NCBI GenBank assembly: GCA_977020255.1 | Contig: CDROCS010001101.1 | Span: forward strand, 372,001 to 436,000 | Origin: Obrimoposthia wandeli | Taxonomy: Eukaryota | DNA: 64,000 nt | Reading direction: 5' to 3' | In this document: positions 21,673-32,100 of the stretch, piece by piece | Layout: each line of letters opens with the position of its first letter | Position numbering within the stretch: the stretch's first letter is position 1 | Program-made: the position numbers and the translations under genes | Notes under the pieces: model-generated | What the model was told of the DNA's origin: nothing | Databases searched by the model: none | What the model saw: the letters and a program-made list of their open reading frames with translations, nothing else

Positions 21673-24600
21673 ATGCGCTTTACTGATATTTTTATCAAGC
21701 GTCCTGTTCTAGCGGTATCTATCAGCTTTTTGATTGCGTTGCTTGGTGTTCAAGCAATTTTCAAAATGCAGGTTCGAGAATACCCTGACATGACCAATAC
21801 GGTTGTTACCGTAACAACTGGCTACTACGGTGCCAGCGCCGATTTGATCCAAGGCTTTATTACTCAGCCCTTAGAGCAAGCGGTCGCCCAAGCCGATAAT
21901 ATCGACTTTATGACATCATCAAGTGTATTAGGTAGTTCAACAATTACCATTACGATGAAGCTAAATACCGATCCGAATGCTGCCCTCTCTGATATTTTGG
22001 CCAAAACGAACTCTGTTCGTTCACAGCTGCCAAAAGAAGCAGAAGATCCAACGGTGACGATGTCTACGGGTTCAACAACTGCGGTAATGTATATTGCCTT
22101 TAGCAGTGATGAACTATCATCTAGTCAGGTAACTGATTATCTTGATCGTGTAATCAATCCACAGCTGTTCACTATTAATGGTGTTTCTAAAGTAGACATG
22201 TACGGTGGTATTAAATACGCACTACGTGTTTGGTTAGACCCATTAAAAATGGCAGCTTATGACCTTACCGCAACCGAGATTATGGGTGTACTGAATAGTA
22301 ACAACTATCAGTCTGCAACAGGTCAAGCTATTGGTGAATTCGTGCTTTACAATGGTAATGCCGATACCCAAGTAAGTAGTGTTGAAGATCTAGAACGTCT
22401 TGTTGTATCTACAGATAAAGGTCAAGTGATTCGCTTAAGTGACATTGCAAAAGTTTCTTTAGAGAAGAGCCATGACGTTTATCGCGCATCTGCAAATGGT
22501 AAAGAAGCCGTTGTAGCTGCCGTCAATGCCGCACCAACAGCAAACCCAATTAACATTGCTGCTGACGTATTAGAGTTATTACCGGAACTAGAACGTAACT
22601 TACCGACAAACATCCACATGAACGTGATGTATGACTCAACAGTTGCGATCAATGAATCAATCAAAGAAGTAATTAAAACAATTATCGAAGCAGCACTTAT
22701 CGTTATTGTAGTAATTACCTTATTCCTTGGTTCACTACGTGCCGTTATCATTCCAATCGTGACAATCCCACTATCTTTGATCGGTGTTGCAATGGTCATG
22801 CAGATGTTTGGTTTCTCATGGAACTTAATGACATTGCTGGCGATGGTACTTGCGATTGGTCTGGTAGTAGATGACGCGATTGTTGTATTAGAAAATATTG
22901 ACCGCCACATAAAACTCGGAGAGTCCCCTTTCCGAGCCGCCGTGATCGGTACGCGTGAAATTGCGGTACCTGTTATTGCGATGACATTAACACTGGGTGC
23001 GGTATATGCACCTATTGCGTTAATGGGTGGTATCACGGGTGCGTTATTTAAAGAATTTGCGCTTACTCTTGCTGGTGCGGTATTCATTTCTGGTATTTTA
23101 GCACTAACATTATCGCCGATGATGTGTTCTAAAATCTTATTAGCTAATGCGAAGCCAAGCAAATTTGAACAAATTGTTCATGCTTTCCTTGAGCGCATGA
23201 CTAACGGTTATGAAAAAATGATCAGTGCAGTAATGCACAAGCGTCCGGTTATGGTTGCATTTGCTGTTATTGTATTTGGCGCTATGCCATTCCTGTTCAA
23301 ATTTATTCCAAGCGAACTTGCACCGTCAGAAGACAAAGGTGTATTGATGATGATGGGTACTGCACCATCAAATGCTAACTTGGATTACATTGAAAGATCG
23401 ATGAGTGAAGTTAACGATAAGCTAAACGAACAGCCTGAAATTGCCTACGCTCAAATCTTCTCTGGTGTACCTAGCTCAAACCAAGCATTTGGTATTGCGT
23501 CTATGGTTCCTTGGAGTGAACGTGAAGCAAGCCAAGGCGAAGTTGTTGATCGTATTACTGGACTTGTTAAAGATGTTCCAGGCATGTCAGTTATTGCTTT
23601 CCAAATGCCTGAATTACCAGGTGCTGGTTCTGGCTTACCTGTACAATTTGTAATTACTACACCGAATAGTTTTGAAAGCCTATTCCAAGTAGCAAGTGAC
23701 GTATTGACAGAAGTACAAGCTAATTCATTATTTGTGTATTCGGATTTAGATCTTAACTACGATTCTGCAACAATGAAGATTAACATCGATAAAGACAAAG
23801 CCGGTGCTTACGGTATTACCATGCAAGACATTGGTATTACACTTAGTACGATGATGTCTGACGGTTACGTTAACCGTATTGATTTAAATGGCCGTTCTTA
23901 CGAGGTAATTCCTCAAGTTGAACGTAAATACCGTTTGAATCCAGAATCAATGAATAGTTACTACGTACGTGCAGCTGATGGCAACGCAGTACCGTTAGGC
24001 AGCTTGATTACTATTGATGTAGTAGCTGAACCACGTTCACTTCCTCACTTCAACCAACTTAACTCTGCAACAATTGGTGCAGTACCGAGTCCTGGTGTAG
24101 CGATGGGTGATGCAATTTCATGGTTCGAAAATACAGCGTCATCAATGCTTCCAAAAGGTTACCGTTATGACTTTATGGGTGAATCTCGTCAGTTTGTAAC
24201 TGAAGGTAGTGCTTTGTATATGACCTTTGCACTTGCATTGGCAATCATTTACCTTGTACTTGCTATTCAGTTTGAATCAGCACGTGATCCTTTAGTTATT
24301 ATGGTATCTGTACCACTTGCTGTATCTGGTGCGCTAGTATCACTGGCTTGGGGTTTATCAACCATGAATATTTATTCTCAGGTTGGTTTGATTACCCTCG
24401 TCGGTTTGATTACTAAGCACGGTATCTTGATCTGTGAAGTAGCAAAAGAAGAACAGTTACATCACGGTAAGAACCGTACAGAAGCAGTAATTGAAGCAGC
24501 TAAAGTACGTCTACGTCCAATTCTAATGACAACAGCGGCAATGATTGCGGGTCTTATCCCGTTAATGTATGCAACTGGTGCAGGTGCTGAACAGCGCTTT

Positions 24601-24801
24601 AGTATTGGTCTAGTGATTGTATCTGGTCTTGCTATCGGTACCCTGTTTACACTATTCATCTTACCTGTGATTTATTCATTCCTTGCGACTGAACACAAAC
24701 CATTACCGGTTTTCGTTGAAGAAGCAGAGTTAGAAGAAAGTGATAAACAACATGCTATTGAGTGTGCTAAATTTGCCGCTGCTGAAAAACCAGCGAGTTA
24801 A
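21673..24801 (+). CDS. vexB: RND multidrug efflux permease (VexB-like)
   Basis: MRFTDIFIKRPVLAVSISFLIALLG, GLVVDDAIVV, RLRPILMTT; recalled similarity to Vibrio VexB. Confidence 0.85.
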   Translation: MRFTDIFIKRPVLAVSISFLIALLGVQAIFKMQVREYPDMTNTVVTVTTGYYGASADLIQGFITQPLEQAVAQADNIDFMTSSSVLGSSTITITMKLNTDPNAALSDILAKTNSVRSQLPKEAEDPTVTMSTGSTTAVMYIAFSSDELSSSQVTDYLDRVINPQLFTINGVSKVDMYGGIKYALRVWLDPLKMAAYDLTATEIMGVLNSNNYQSATGQAIGEFVLYNGNADTQVSSVEDLERLVVSTDKGQVIRLSDIAKVSLEKSHDVYRASANGKEAVVAAVNAAPTANPINIAADVLELLPELERNLPTNIHMNVMYDSTVAINESIKEVIKTIIEAALIVIVVITLFLGSLRAVIIPIVTIPLSLIGVAMVMQMFGFSWNLMTLLAMVLAIGLVVDDAIVVLENIDRHIKLGESPFRAAVIGTREIAVPVIAMTLTLGAVYAPIALMGGITGALFKEFALTLAGAVFISGILALTLSPMMCSKILLANAKPSKFEQIVHAFLERMTNGYEKMISAVMHKRPVMVAFAVIVFGAMPFLFKFIPSELAPSEDKGVLMMMGTAPSNANLDYIERSMSEVNDKLNEQPEIAYAQIFSGVPSSNQAFGIASMVPWSEREASQGEVVDRITGLVKDVPGMSVIAFQMPELPGAGSGLPVQFVITTPNSFESLFQVASDVLTEVQANSLFVYSDLDLNYDSATMKINIDKDKAGAYGITMQDIGITLSTMMSDGYVNRIDLNGRSYEVIPQVERKYRLNPESMNSYYVRAADGNAVPLGSLITIDVVAEPRSLPHFNQLNSATIGAVPSPGVAMGDAISWFENTASSMLPKGYRYDFMGESRQFVTEGSALYMTFALALAIIYLVLAIQFESARDPLVIMVSVPLAVSGALVSLAWGLSTMNIYSQVGLITLVGLITKHGILICEVAKEEQLHHGKNRTEAVIEAAKVRLRPILMTTAAMIAGLIPLMYATGAGAEQRFSIGLVIVSGLAIGTLFTLFILPVIYSFLATEHKPLPVFVEEAELEESDKQHAIECAKFAAAEKPAS

Positions 24802-24875
24802 TTCAAGTATATAAACGGCTGTAATACATGCCGTAATTAGTTCTAAATCAATATCTGGTTAGAATTGATGTAAAG

Positions 24876-24901
24876 AGGTCGCTTATGCGGCCTTTTTTTT
24901 T
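24876..24901 (+). terminator. terminator after RND operon
   Basis: AGGTCGC / GCGGCCT stem plus long T run. Confidence 0.75.
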
Positions 24902-24979
24902 ACCCATAACTTAAGTTAAAAGGTATATTGAACGCTTGGTTAGTTTTAGCCCCTTTAATTCTGTAATTGAGTATTCATC

Positions 24980-25522
24980 ATGACTTCTTTAGCACACTTC
25001 CCTATTCCCTTACTTGGCTTCGCCGCATTCAGTGGCACAGGTAAAACAACCTTAATTACCCAACTTTTACCAAAGCTAACTGAACGCGGTTTACGTATCG
25101 GCATGGTGAAACACAGTCATCATGATATCGAAATGGATAATCCGAAAAAAGACAGTTATAAACTACGCAAAGCTGGTGCTTGCCAAATGGTCTTAGCGTC
25201 ACCCCATCGCACTATTTTATTTTCAGAACAAGATGAACCTGCTGAACCGCAATTAATCACACAGCTTAAATGGTTAAACACGGATGAATTGGATTTGGTA
25301 TTAGTTGAAGGGTTTCGTCATGAGGCATTTACCAAGATAGAATTACATCGCCCTAGCTTAGGTAAACCAATACTTGCCATAAATGATCAACAGGTGATCG
25401 CAATCGCCACTGATGCAGCGATTGATAAAAAGCAATTATTGAATAGAGAGTTAACTTATTTAGAACTAAACGACATTGACGCTATCACCGACTTTGTCAT
25501 GCGTTATAGCCAGCAGGCTTAG
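24980..25522 (+). CDS. mobB: molybdopterin-guanine dinucleotide biosynthesis protein B
   Basis: AFSGTGKTT, VKHSHHD, LVEGFR. Confidence 0.9.
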   Translation: MTSLAHFPIPLLGFAAFSGTGKTTLITQLLPKLTERGLRIGMVKHSHHDIEMDNPKKDSYKLRKAGACQMVLASPHRTILFSEQDEPAEPQLITQLKWLNTDELDLVLVEGFRHEAFTKIELHRPSLGKPILAINDQQVIAIATDAAIDKKQLLNRELTYLELNDIDAITDFVMRYSQQA

Positions 25523-25542
25523 CTTTAATAAGGCTAAACCAG

Positions 25543-25989
25543 CTAAATATTGACGGTCGAGTTTAACTCCGTCAATTCATCAAGGTAGTCTTGATAACTT
25601 GATTCAATATCAATATCACAGGCTGTTAAATCCTTCATCGCTATTTTTTCTAGCGTTTCAAGTTCTGCAATACTTTCTTGTAATGCCAGTTGCTGCTCAC
25701 GCAGTTCATCGAGTCGTGTACGGCTCTGATGTAACATGTATAGCATGCGAGGTGGGCTATCAGGTTTATCATCATACAAGGCTAGATAATGCTTCGCAGA
25801 CTCTAAGCTAATCCCTAAACGCTTACTGCGTAAAATGATCGTTAAACGAGCGCGTTGACGGTAATCATAATACATAAACCGTCCGCGACGTTCAGACTGT
25901 AACAAACCTTTCGTTTCATAAAAACGGATAGCGCGTCGCGTGATCGAGAATTCTTCTGCAAGATCTGCCGCGGTATAATACGTCGTCAT
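25543..25989 (-). CDS. MerR family regulator (LiuR-like)
   Basis: AEEFSITRRAIRFYETKGLL...RLTIILRSKRLG. Confidence 0.85.
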   Translation of the reverse strand: MTTYYTAADLAEEFSITRRAIRFYETKGLLQSERRGRFMYYDYRQRARLTIILRSKRLGISLESAKHYLALYDDKPDSPPRMLYMLHQSRTRLDELREQQLALQESIAELETLEKIAMKDLTACDIDIESSYQDYLDELTELNSTVNI

Positions 25990-26151
25990 TTAATGTGCCC
26001 TTCCAACTCTTATTAAGATTTATTAAACGCTACCTTTTACTTAGCAATGAATAATTTACCACAAATTTACGCTATTGCTTAATTTAAACCATAATTAGTG
26101 TTGCAAGGCTTCGCCATTCCCACTGTACACAGCAAGGCACCGAGGTTAGAT

Positions 26152-26679
26152 ATGCGTATACCTAAATTACAGTCCAGCCAATACTCGTGGTTTATACGTC
26201 CATTTCTATGGCTATTAGAAAGAAAGCAAAATAAAACCTTAAAGCCCGCACAATTACTGGGGCGTCGACCTAAATTATTTATCGCGATGTTCTTATTATA
26301 TAAAACCATAAATAGAAAAACGTCTCCTATCCAACCTTATATTCATGCCTTAATGAGTGTACGTGTTGCGCAGCTCAATCAATGTGAATTTACCATTGAA
26401 CATGACTCTAAAATATTGAGAAGTCTTAAGGAAAGGCTTAACAAGGATAAATTACTGGATTGGCAAAATTGCAGTGATTTCAAACCTCAAGAGTGTGCAG
26501 TGTTAGCCTATACTGACGCTGTCACCAATACCGCATTGCATGTCACCGACAGACATATTGACCAATTACGTTGTTATTATAACGATGATGAGATTGTTGA
26601 GTTGACCACTATTATCGTTTTTCAAAATATGACCACAAAATTCAACGCTGCATTTGATGTATGTAGGAAAACACTTTAG
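26152..26679 (+). CDS. carboxymuconolactone decarboxylase/AhpD-like protein
   Basis: ATG 26152 after RBS GAGG; VRVAQLNQCEF, AVLAYTDAVT, DDEIVELTTIIVFQNM..KFN family pattern. Confidence 0.8.
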   Translation: MRIPKLQSSQYSWFIRPFLWLLERKQNKTLKPAQLLGRRPKLFIAMFLLYKTINRKTSPIQPYIHALMSVRVAQLNQCEFTIEHDSKILRSLKERLNKDKLLDWQNCSDFKPQECAVLAYTDAVTNTALHVTDRHIDQLRCYYNDDEIVELTTIIVFQNMTTKFNAAFDVCRKTL

Positions 26680-26818
26680 CAGATGAAATTGTCTCCACCG
26701 ATTGTTAAACCAATGTCTATTTAAACCAGAAACAAAAACGAGAAATTTAATACTTAATTCACCATTGAATCAAATACTAAATCTCTCGTTGTCACTTACT
26801 CAAAAACGTAATTAAAAC

Positions 26819-28195
26819 TTAACGGCCCATGCGTTTCAATGCTGAAGTAGAGAAGTCTTTACGCTTCGCTTTCACATCGAACTGAATGCCTTTACGTTCT
26901 TCATTATTCAAGCCAGTCACTAAGTAACGACCCGCAATAACATCGTATAAAGTTTCAGCCGCAAACCAATTCACGTCGGCATTATAATATTGAACGGAAT
27001 GCGCTTCAGCTACGCGCCATAGGTTGCCACGTGCATCATAGTGATCGATAACGCCTGCTTGCCAGCTATCTTCATCAATAAAGAAGTTACGCTGTGCATA
27101 AACATGACGTTGGCCATCTTTCACTTTTGCTTGCACTTCCCATACACGGTGTTTTTCATAACGTGTGTATTCTTGATTAATATGACCCGGCTTCACAATA
27201 TCTTTATATTCAAGTTCGGTAGAAGACAGATTGTATGAGTTATATGGAATATAGAGTTCTTTCTTACCTACAAGTGTCCAGTCATAACGGTCAGGTGCAC
27301 CATTGTACATATCGTAGTTATCAGACGTACGAGAACCTTCTACGCCGATACCTTCACCGTCATAAGATACATTTGGTGCTCGACGAACACGACGTTGACC
27401 CGAGTTATAGATCCACGCTTTACGCGGTTCTTTTACCTGATCCACTGTTTCATGTACTAATGCGATCGTACCTGTTAAACGAGCAGGTGCAATAATACGC
27501 TGCATGTAATAGAACAAGATATTGTCATCTTTCTTGGCATCACGACCACCCTTTAGAGCTTCAGGGATATAGAATTTATCTTCTACTTTCACTGCCGTGT
27601 ATGCACCATTACGTTGTACTGGAATAGTCGTGATCACACGTTCGGCATGACCACCACGGTAACGCGTAATGTGGTTCCAGATAACCTCTAAGCCATTTTC
27701 AGGAATAGGAAATGGGATCGAGATATTAAAATCATTAAGGCCATTACCACCAGCCGATAAAGTCGTATTTAATGCATTACCTTTAACCGTTTCATAGATA
27801 TCATCTGACTGCGCAAAGCTACGACGTGTTTCATAAACAGGCATAGTATAAGTATCAGGGTATTTCTTAAACATCGCCAATTGGCCAGGTGTTAAGTTGT
27901 CTTTATATTTATCCACATTAGCAGCGGTTATCACAAACAGTGGTTTATCTTCGGCATATGGATTCGTTACGCGATCATTCTTACCGATATTAGTACCGAG
28001 AATGGCATTAGTAATACCACCCGTCCACGCTGGAATAGAGCCGTCTGCATTACCTGCTGTCACCGCGCCTAAAGGCGTGAGTTCTTTACCTAGCTTGGCC
28101 GCATCTGCTTCACTGACTTTCGCCAGAGAGGATGCCGAGAATGCCATCGCCACTGAAATGGCTGCTACGCTATATGCTTTATTGAACACTTTCAT
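26819..28195 (-). CDS. DUF1329 family periplasmic protein
   Basis: Signal peptide; LTPLGA..AGNADGSIPAWTGG, RKAWIYNSGQRRVRRAP, FFIDEDSWQ. Confidence 0.88.
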   Translation of the reverse strand: MKVFNKAYSVAAISVAMAFSASSLAKVSEADAAKLGKELTPLGAVTAGNADGSIPAWTGGITNAILGTNIGKNDRVTNPYAEDKPLFVITAANVDKYKDNLTPGQLAMFKKYPDTYTMPVYETRRSFAQSDDIYETVKGNALNTTLSAGGNGLNDFNISIPFPIPENGLEVIWNHITRYRGGHAERVITTIPVQRNGAYTAVKVEDKFYIPEALKGGRDAKKDDNILFYYMQRIIAPARLTGTIALVHETVDQVKEPRKAWIYNSGQRRVRRAPNVSYDGEGIGVEGSRTSDNYDMYNGAPDRYDWTLVGKKELYIPYNSYNLSSTELEYKDIVKPGHINQEYTRYEKHRVWEVQAKVKDGQRHVYAQRNFFIDEDSWQAGVIDHYDARGNLWRVAEAHSVQYYNADVNWFAAETLYDVIAGRYLVTGLNNEERKGIQFDVKAKRKDFSTSALKRMGR

Positions 28196-28273
28196 ATTAA
28201 AATCCTTTTCTAAAATTCTATTCGTTCTATCCGTATTAATAATTTAAAAATTGAGTCATCTTTTAATTATCTA

Positions 28274-30109
28274 TTAGAACGAGATACCAACGGCTGCAGA
28301 CACATAGTCACGGTCAGATAGTGGATTAAAATCACCACCGAATTGCGTATAACTTACCGACATAGAATACATATTTAAGTAATTAGCTTTCAACGCTAGA
28401 TTCACACCAGTACGACCTTCTTGGAACGTACCTTGTGGTTCAGGGCTATAACCATAAACATCATGTGACCAAGCTACAGATGGTGCTAAATCAACACCAG
28501 CGAATACGTTACGGTAATCAGCTTTTACAGCTAAACGGTAACCTGCGCTGTCTGTGGTAGTGAAACCATCGTCATCATCACCAACACCATCAAAACTTGC
28601 TCCATATACAGTTGCACGGCCATACTTAATATCATCATCACCTTCAGGTAAATCCCAAACGTGACCATAACCTAGTTCAGCAACAGTGGTAATACGATCC
28701 GTTCCTAGTGCTTTATCGAAAAACTTAATAAAAGTAAGTTGTGATTGCGTGTAATCAAAACGTTCAAATCCATCCACAGTATCACCTGCAGAAGCCTCGC
28801 GATATGTTGGTGTAAGTGGAGAACCATCTGTATCGGTAAGAGCTGAGGCTAATAGATCTGCACCATTTATTTGCAATGGCATATCTAGACGGTGACTGAC
28901 TTCACCAGACACGGCCCATTCAGAAACTGTAGTATTGAAACTTAAACCAAATAACTGAATATCTTCAGGATAAACCGTGTGATACTTCGGGTTATATGTA
29001 GAGGCAAACCCAGGTGTAGGTTCTAAGCTAATCGGTATAAAAGGATCTCCACCGACATTATTATAAAGACCCGCTTCTGCGCTAGCATAAGGCAAACGAG
29101 AATGGTAATTCATATAGTACAGACCAAATTCAGTTGCATTCAAACTCTCAGCGTAGTATTTAAACGCTACACCAAACTGCCCATCGTCTGACGCATCTTC
29201 ATCGGTACCACGTTCAGCATAAAAACCGCCGACATACAGCTCTCTATCGGCTAAATCAGGGACTGGTGCACCTGGTTGAACGACTAATTTATCACAGCCT
29301 TCAGCTAAATAATCGGCAGTCGAAAAATAGGTACCACAACTATCAATCACTGTTGGTTCAAATTCCAATTGATAAAACGCTTCTACACTGAAATTATCCG
29401 TTAAACCTATATTAGCGAAAATCATGTTCACCGGTAATAGGCCTTCTTTCACTTCAGCGCCAGGGCGGCGGAAAGCTGCGGCGTCAACCGGATTAACCGC
29501 GTTAATACCACCTTGAATGAATGAGCTTTCACCCCAGTTAACAACTTGCTTACCTATACGCAAATCAACCGCTGTATCACCTAGGTAAAATCCAGTGAAA
29601 ATATAGGCATCAAGTAGTGCTACGCCTTGCGATTTTGTTAAATCATTAAAATTATCATCATTAATTGGTTCATTGGCAACATAGCTATTCGTTGCGCTAC
29701 CATGGTTTACATCATTTTGATCAAGTGCGTAATCATACCAATATTTACCACGGACGAAGACACCAAAAGTTGACCCTTCTTCCGTTTCATACGTTAATCC
29801 AAGATCGTGCAGTCCCTTAATCGTTTGGGTAAATGCATCACCTTTATCATAGTTTAAGTTACCGTCATCACCAGTAGGCGTATTACCCGGTAAACCACCG
29901 TTACCGACACCAACGTTTTTTGCAGCAGCTTCTTCAACACGCCAGCTAGAACCCGCGGTGATTTGAGAATTAAACGAACCTTCGACATCACCCCAATTAA
30001 ATTCGATTGCTTGTGGTGCTGCGGTATAGCCTGAAACAATTAACGCTAAAGCAATCGGCGTAGTTTTAAAGAATTTCTTCTGAGTTGTGTTTTTCATTAT
30101 AGTATCCAT
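28274..30109 (-). CDS. DUF1302 family outer-membrane beta-barrel protein
   Basis: Signal peptide; DDGNLNY, GKQVVNWGES, PGAEVKEGLLP, C-terminal DRDYVS...F. Confidence 0.88.
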   Translation of the reverse strand: MDTIMKNTTQKKFFKTTPIALALIVSGYTAAPQAIEFNWGDVEGSFNSQITAGSSWRVEEAAAKNVGVGNGGLPGNTPTGDDGNLNYDKGDAFTQTIKGLHDLGLTYETEEGSTFGVFVRGKYWYDYALDQNDVNHGSATNSYVANEPINDDNFNDLTKSQGVALLDAYIFTGFYLGDTAVDLRIGKQVVNWGESSFIQGGINAVNPVDAAAFRRPGAEVKEGLLPVNMIFANIGLTDNFSVEAFYQLEFEPTVIDSCGTYFSTADYLAEGCDKLVVQPGAPVPDLADRELYVGGFYAERGTDEDASDDGQFGVAFKYYAESLNATEFGLYYMNYHSRLPYASAEAGLYNNVGGDPFIPISLEPTPGFASTYNPKYHTVYPEDIQLFGLSFNTTVSEWAVSGEVSHRLDMPLQINGADLLASALTDTDGSPLTPTYREASAGDTVDGFERFDYTQSQLTFIKFFDKALGTDRITTVAELGYGHVWDLPEGDDDIKYGRATVYGASFDGVGDDDDGFTTTDSAGYRLAVKADYRNVFAGVDLAPSVAWSHDVYGYSPEPQGTFQEGRTGVNLALKANYLNMYSMSVSYTQFGGDFNPLSDRDYVSAAVGISF

Positions 30110-30300
30110 TCTATACCCTTTGATTTGTTTTCATTCCATTAACAATTAGGTCGTAGGTATTATATTCACATAATACTTTTAGCACACAGTGTCAGATATA
30201 GGCCAAACGTGCCAAATCATTGTCAATCGGAGCCAGAGCGATATTTTATGCGATGTGGGTCAAAGATTTAGAAGTAATGGTGAAACTTAATATTGGTAGT

Positions 30301-30324
30301 AAACCTCCCCTAAAGAGGAGGTTT
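30301..30324. terminator. hairpin/terminator downstream of the NTF2-like gene
   Basis: AAACCTCC / GGAGGTTT. Confidence 0.55.
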
Positions 30325-30382
30325 ATAGGATTTTCAGTACTAGAGAGGTAGGATATACAGATTGGTACAATTAGATTTAATG

Positions 30383-30784
30383 TTAATTTTTTGTTGCCTG
30401 GTGAAATTGAAGGCGCCATTTTAGATCATGAAAACGCCAAATTGAACTACGTAAGCTGCCTGTTGCTTTGACCACACCATCATTAATAGAATTAGCTTGA
30501 TAACAAACCAACATCGTATCGCTGGCTAATTCCACAATTTTAAAATCAGACAAGCTCCAACGCTGTAGTGGTGACTTAGCTAATAGCCAATTTACAATCT
30601 CAACACGAGAGGTATAACTGCCTACTGGGGATATTTCAAAAAGCGCAGGGTGTAAGAAGTTATCTAGTTGTTCTGGTGATTCAGAAAAATTGGTGTGTAA
30701 TAAGGTTTCTTCACGTTGTTTGAAACGTTCAATCAGCGCAGTTTCAGATTTGTCGATATGACCAGCATTGTCGAGGTGGTTCAT
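30383..30784 (-). CDS. NTF2-like DUF4440 family protein
   Basis: FLHPALFEISPVG, LRSSIW, W.LQFHQAT. Confidence 0.8.
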   Translation of the reverse strand: MNHLDNAGHIDKSETALIERFKQREETLLHTNFSESPEQLDNFLHPALFEISPVGSYTSRVEIVNWLLAKSPLQRWSLSDFKIVELASDTMLVCYQANSINDGVVKATGSLRSSIWRFHDLKWRLQFHQATKN

Positions 30785-30903
30785 CCTTGCTCCTGTTTTG
30801 TATGCATACGATTGCTTCTATATACGATTAACTGCGCCATACCTTTAATCAATACATCAACAGTATAAAAAGATATGGCGAATATAAGCCAATCAGCATC
30901 AGC

Positions 30904-31572
30904 TTAATCGATAAAGATATATTTATGCATCTGTACTGATAATTTCCAATTACGTTCAATACACAATTTAATCGCGAGCTCTGTAGCACGCTGCTGTTGC
31001 GAGATAGGCTGTAAACACATGATCTTATCTGTAAGATCAATATCAGCGATTAATGCATCAAGTTCATCAATGTGTTTTTCCATCGCGATCACATGCTTGA
31101 TTTCATTAGCGCGGCGTAATGCACTTTGTAAAACAGGTAGCTGACCTTTCATTTGGATCTTTGGTGATACAGTCACCCATGTTGAGTCGGTAGCACGTAC
31201 TTCAGATGTGCCAGAAGTCTCAATTTGGCAGAAGTACCCTGCTTGTTCTAATTCACTTGTCAATTCAACAAGATCATATTGGCAAGGTTCACCGCCCGAG
31301 ATCACAATATGTTTTGCAACAAAACCATTTTTTAGTATCATGGTAATGAATTCTTGTGCAGTAAAGTTCGCCCAATGGGGTTTATCATCACACGCTTTGT
31401 TCACCGTCTGTTGTGACACTTGCATTTCAGGGTCTACATTCCAAGTTTGTTTGGTATCACACCAAGAGCAACCAACATCGCAACCTTGTAGGCGAATAAA
31501 GATGACGGGATAACCAGTAAAATGGCCTTCACCTTGTACTGTTTCAAAAATTTCATTAACCGGATACTGCAT
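30904..31572 (-). CDS. queE: 7-carboxy-7-deazaguanine synthase
   Basis: EIFETVQGEG, RLQGCDVGCSWCDTK, ETSGT, WVTVSPK, LSVQMHK. Confidence 0.95.
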   Translation of the reverse strand: MQYPVNEIFETVQGEGHFTGYPVIFIRLQGCDVGCSWCDTKQTWNVDPEMQVSQQTVNKACDDKPHWANFTAQEFITMILKNGFVAKHIVISGGEPCQYDLVELTSELEQAGYFCQIETSGTSEVRATDSTWVTVSPKIQMKGQLPVLQSALRRANEIKHVIAMEKHIDELDALIADIDLTDKIMCLQPISQQQRATELAIKLCIERNWKLSVQMHKYIFID

Positions 31573-31704
31573 TTTTATAACCTAATAAACTTCAAGTAAC
31601 GTTTATTGTATCATCTGCCCTATATATTTTTAACATTTTATATAGGACGCTTTCGATCGCACAGTAATTGCTTAGCAATCGCATAATTAGTAGGTAGGTA
31701 ATCA

Positions 31705-32100
31705 ATGAAGATATGGCTGTACAATATTTTCACCATTTTTTGTTTCGTGGTTTTAGGACGTGCCGTCAGCATGTTATTACCCGTTGAATTTCCTTCAAGC
31801 ATCATCGGGCTGCTATTACTCTTCTTCGCGCTCAGTAGCGGTCTATTAAAACAAAAATATGTCGAAAAAATTTGTGGACAACTTAACCGTCACATCGGTA
31901 TTTTATTTGTACCAGCAGGTGTTGCGCTCATGGGTTATTTTGAGTTAATCCAACAAAATATCCTCGCGCTCATCATGGCCGGATTGATTGGCACTATCGC
32001 CATCTTCTTCACAGTGGGACATACCTATTGTTACTTGAATCGAGCCAGTGCAGCAAAACAAAAAGCAGCGTTAAGCAAACAACAAGGTGACGATGAATGA
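31705..32100 (+). CDS. CidA/LrgA family membrane protein
   Basis: PSSIIGLLLLF, LFVPAGVALM; 4-bp overlap with lrgB. Confidence 0.88.
   Translation: MKIWLYNIFTIFCFVVLGRAVSMLLPVEFPSSIIGLLLLFFALSSGLLKQKYVEKICGQLNRHIGILFVPAGVALMGYFELIQQNILALIMAGLIGTIAIFFTVGHTYCYLNRASAAKQKAALSKQQGDDE

Noticed and set aside
25990-26151. LiuR operator upstream of the MerR gene
   Set aside because: No TTTACGT-N2-ACGTAAA-like palindrome was found.
30361-30390. Stop codon within TAAC at the NTF2-like gene as an isolated attC
   Set aside because: No L boxes or R' partner are present. It shows that a TAAC overlap alone occurs by chance, so only sites with extra boxes were counted in the 51-57 kb array.
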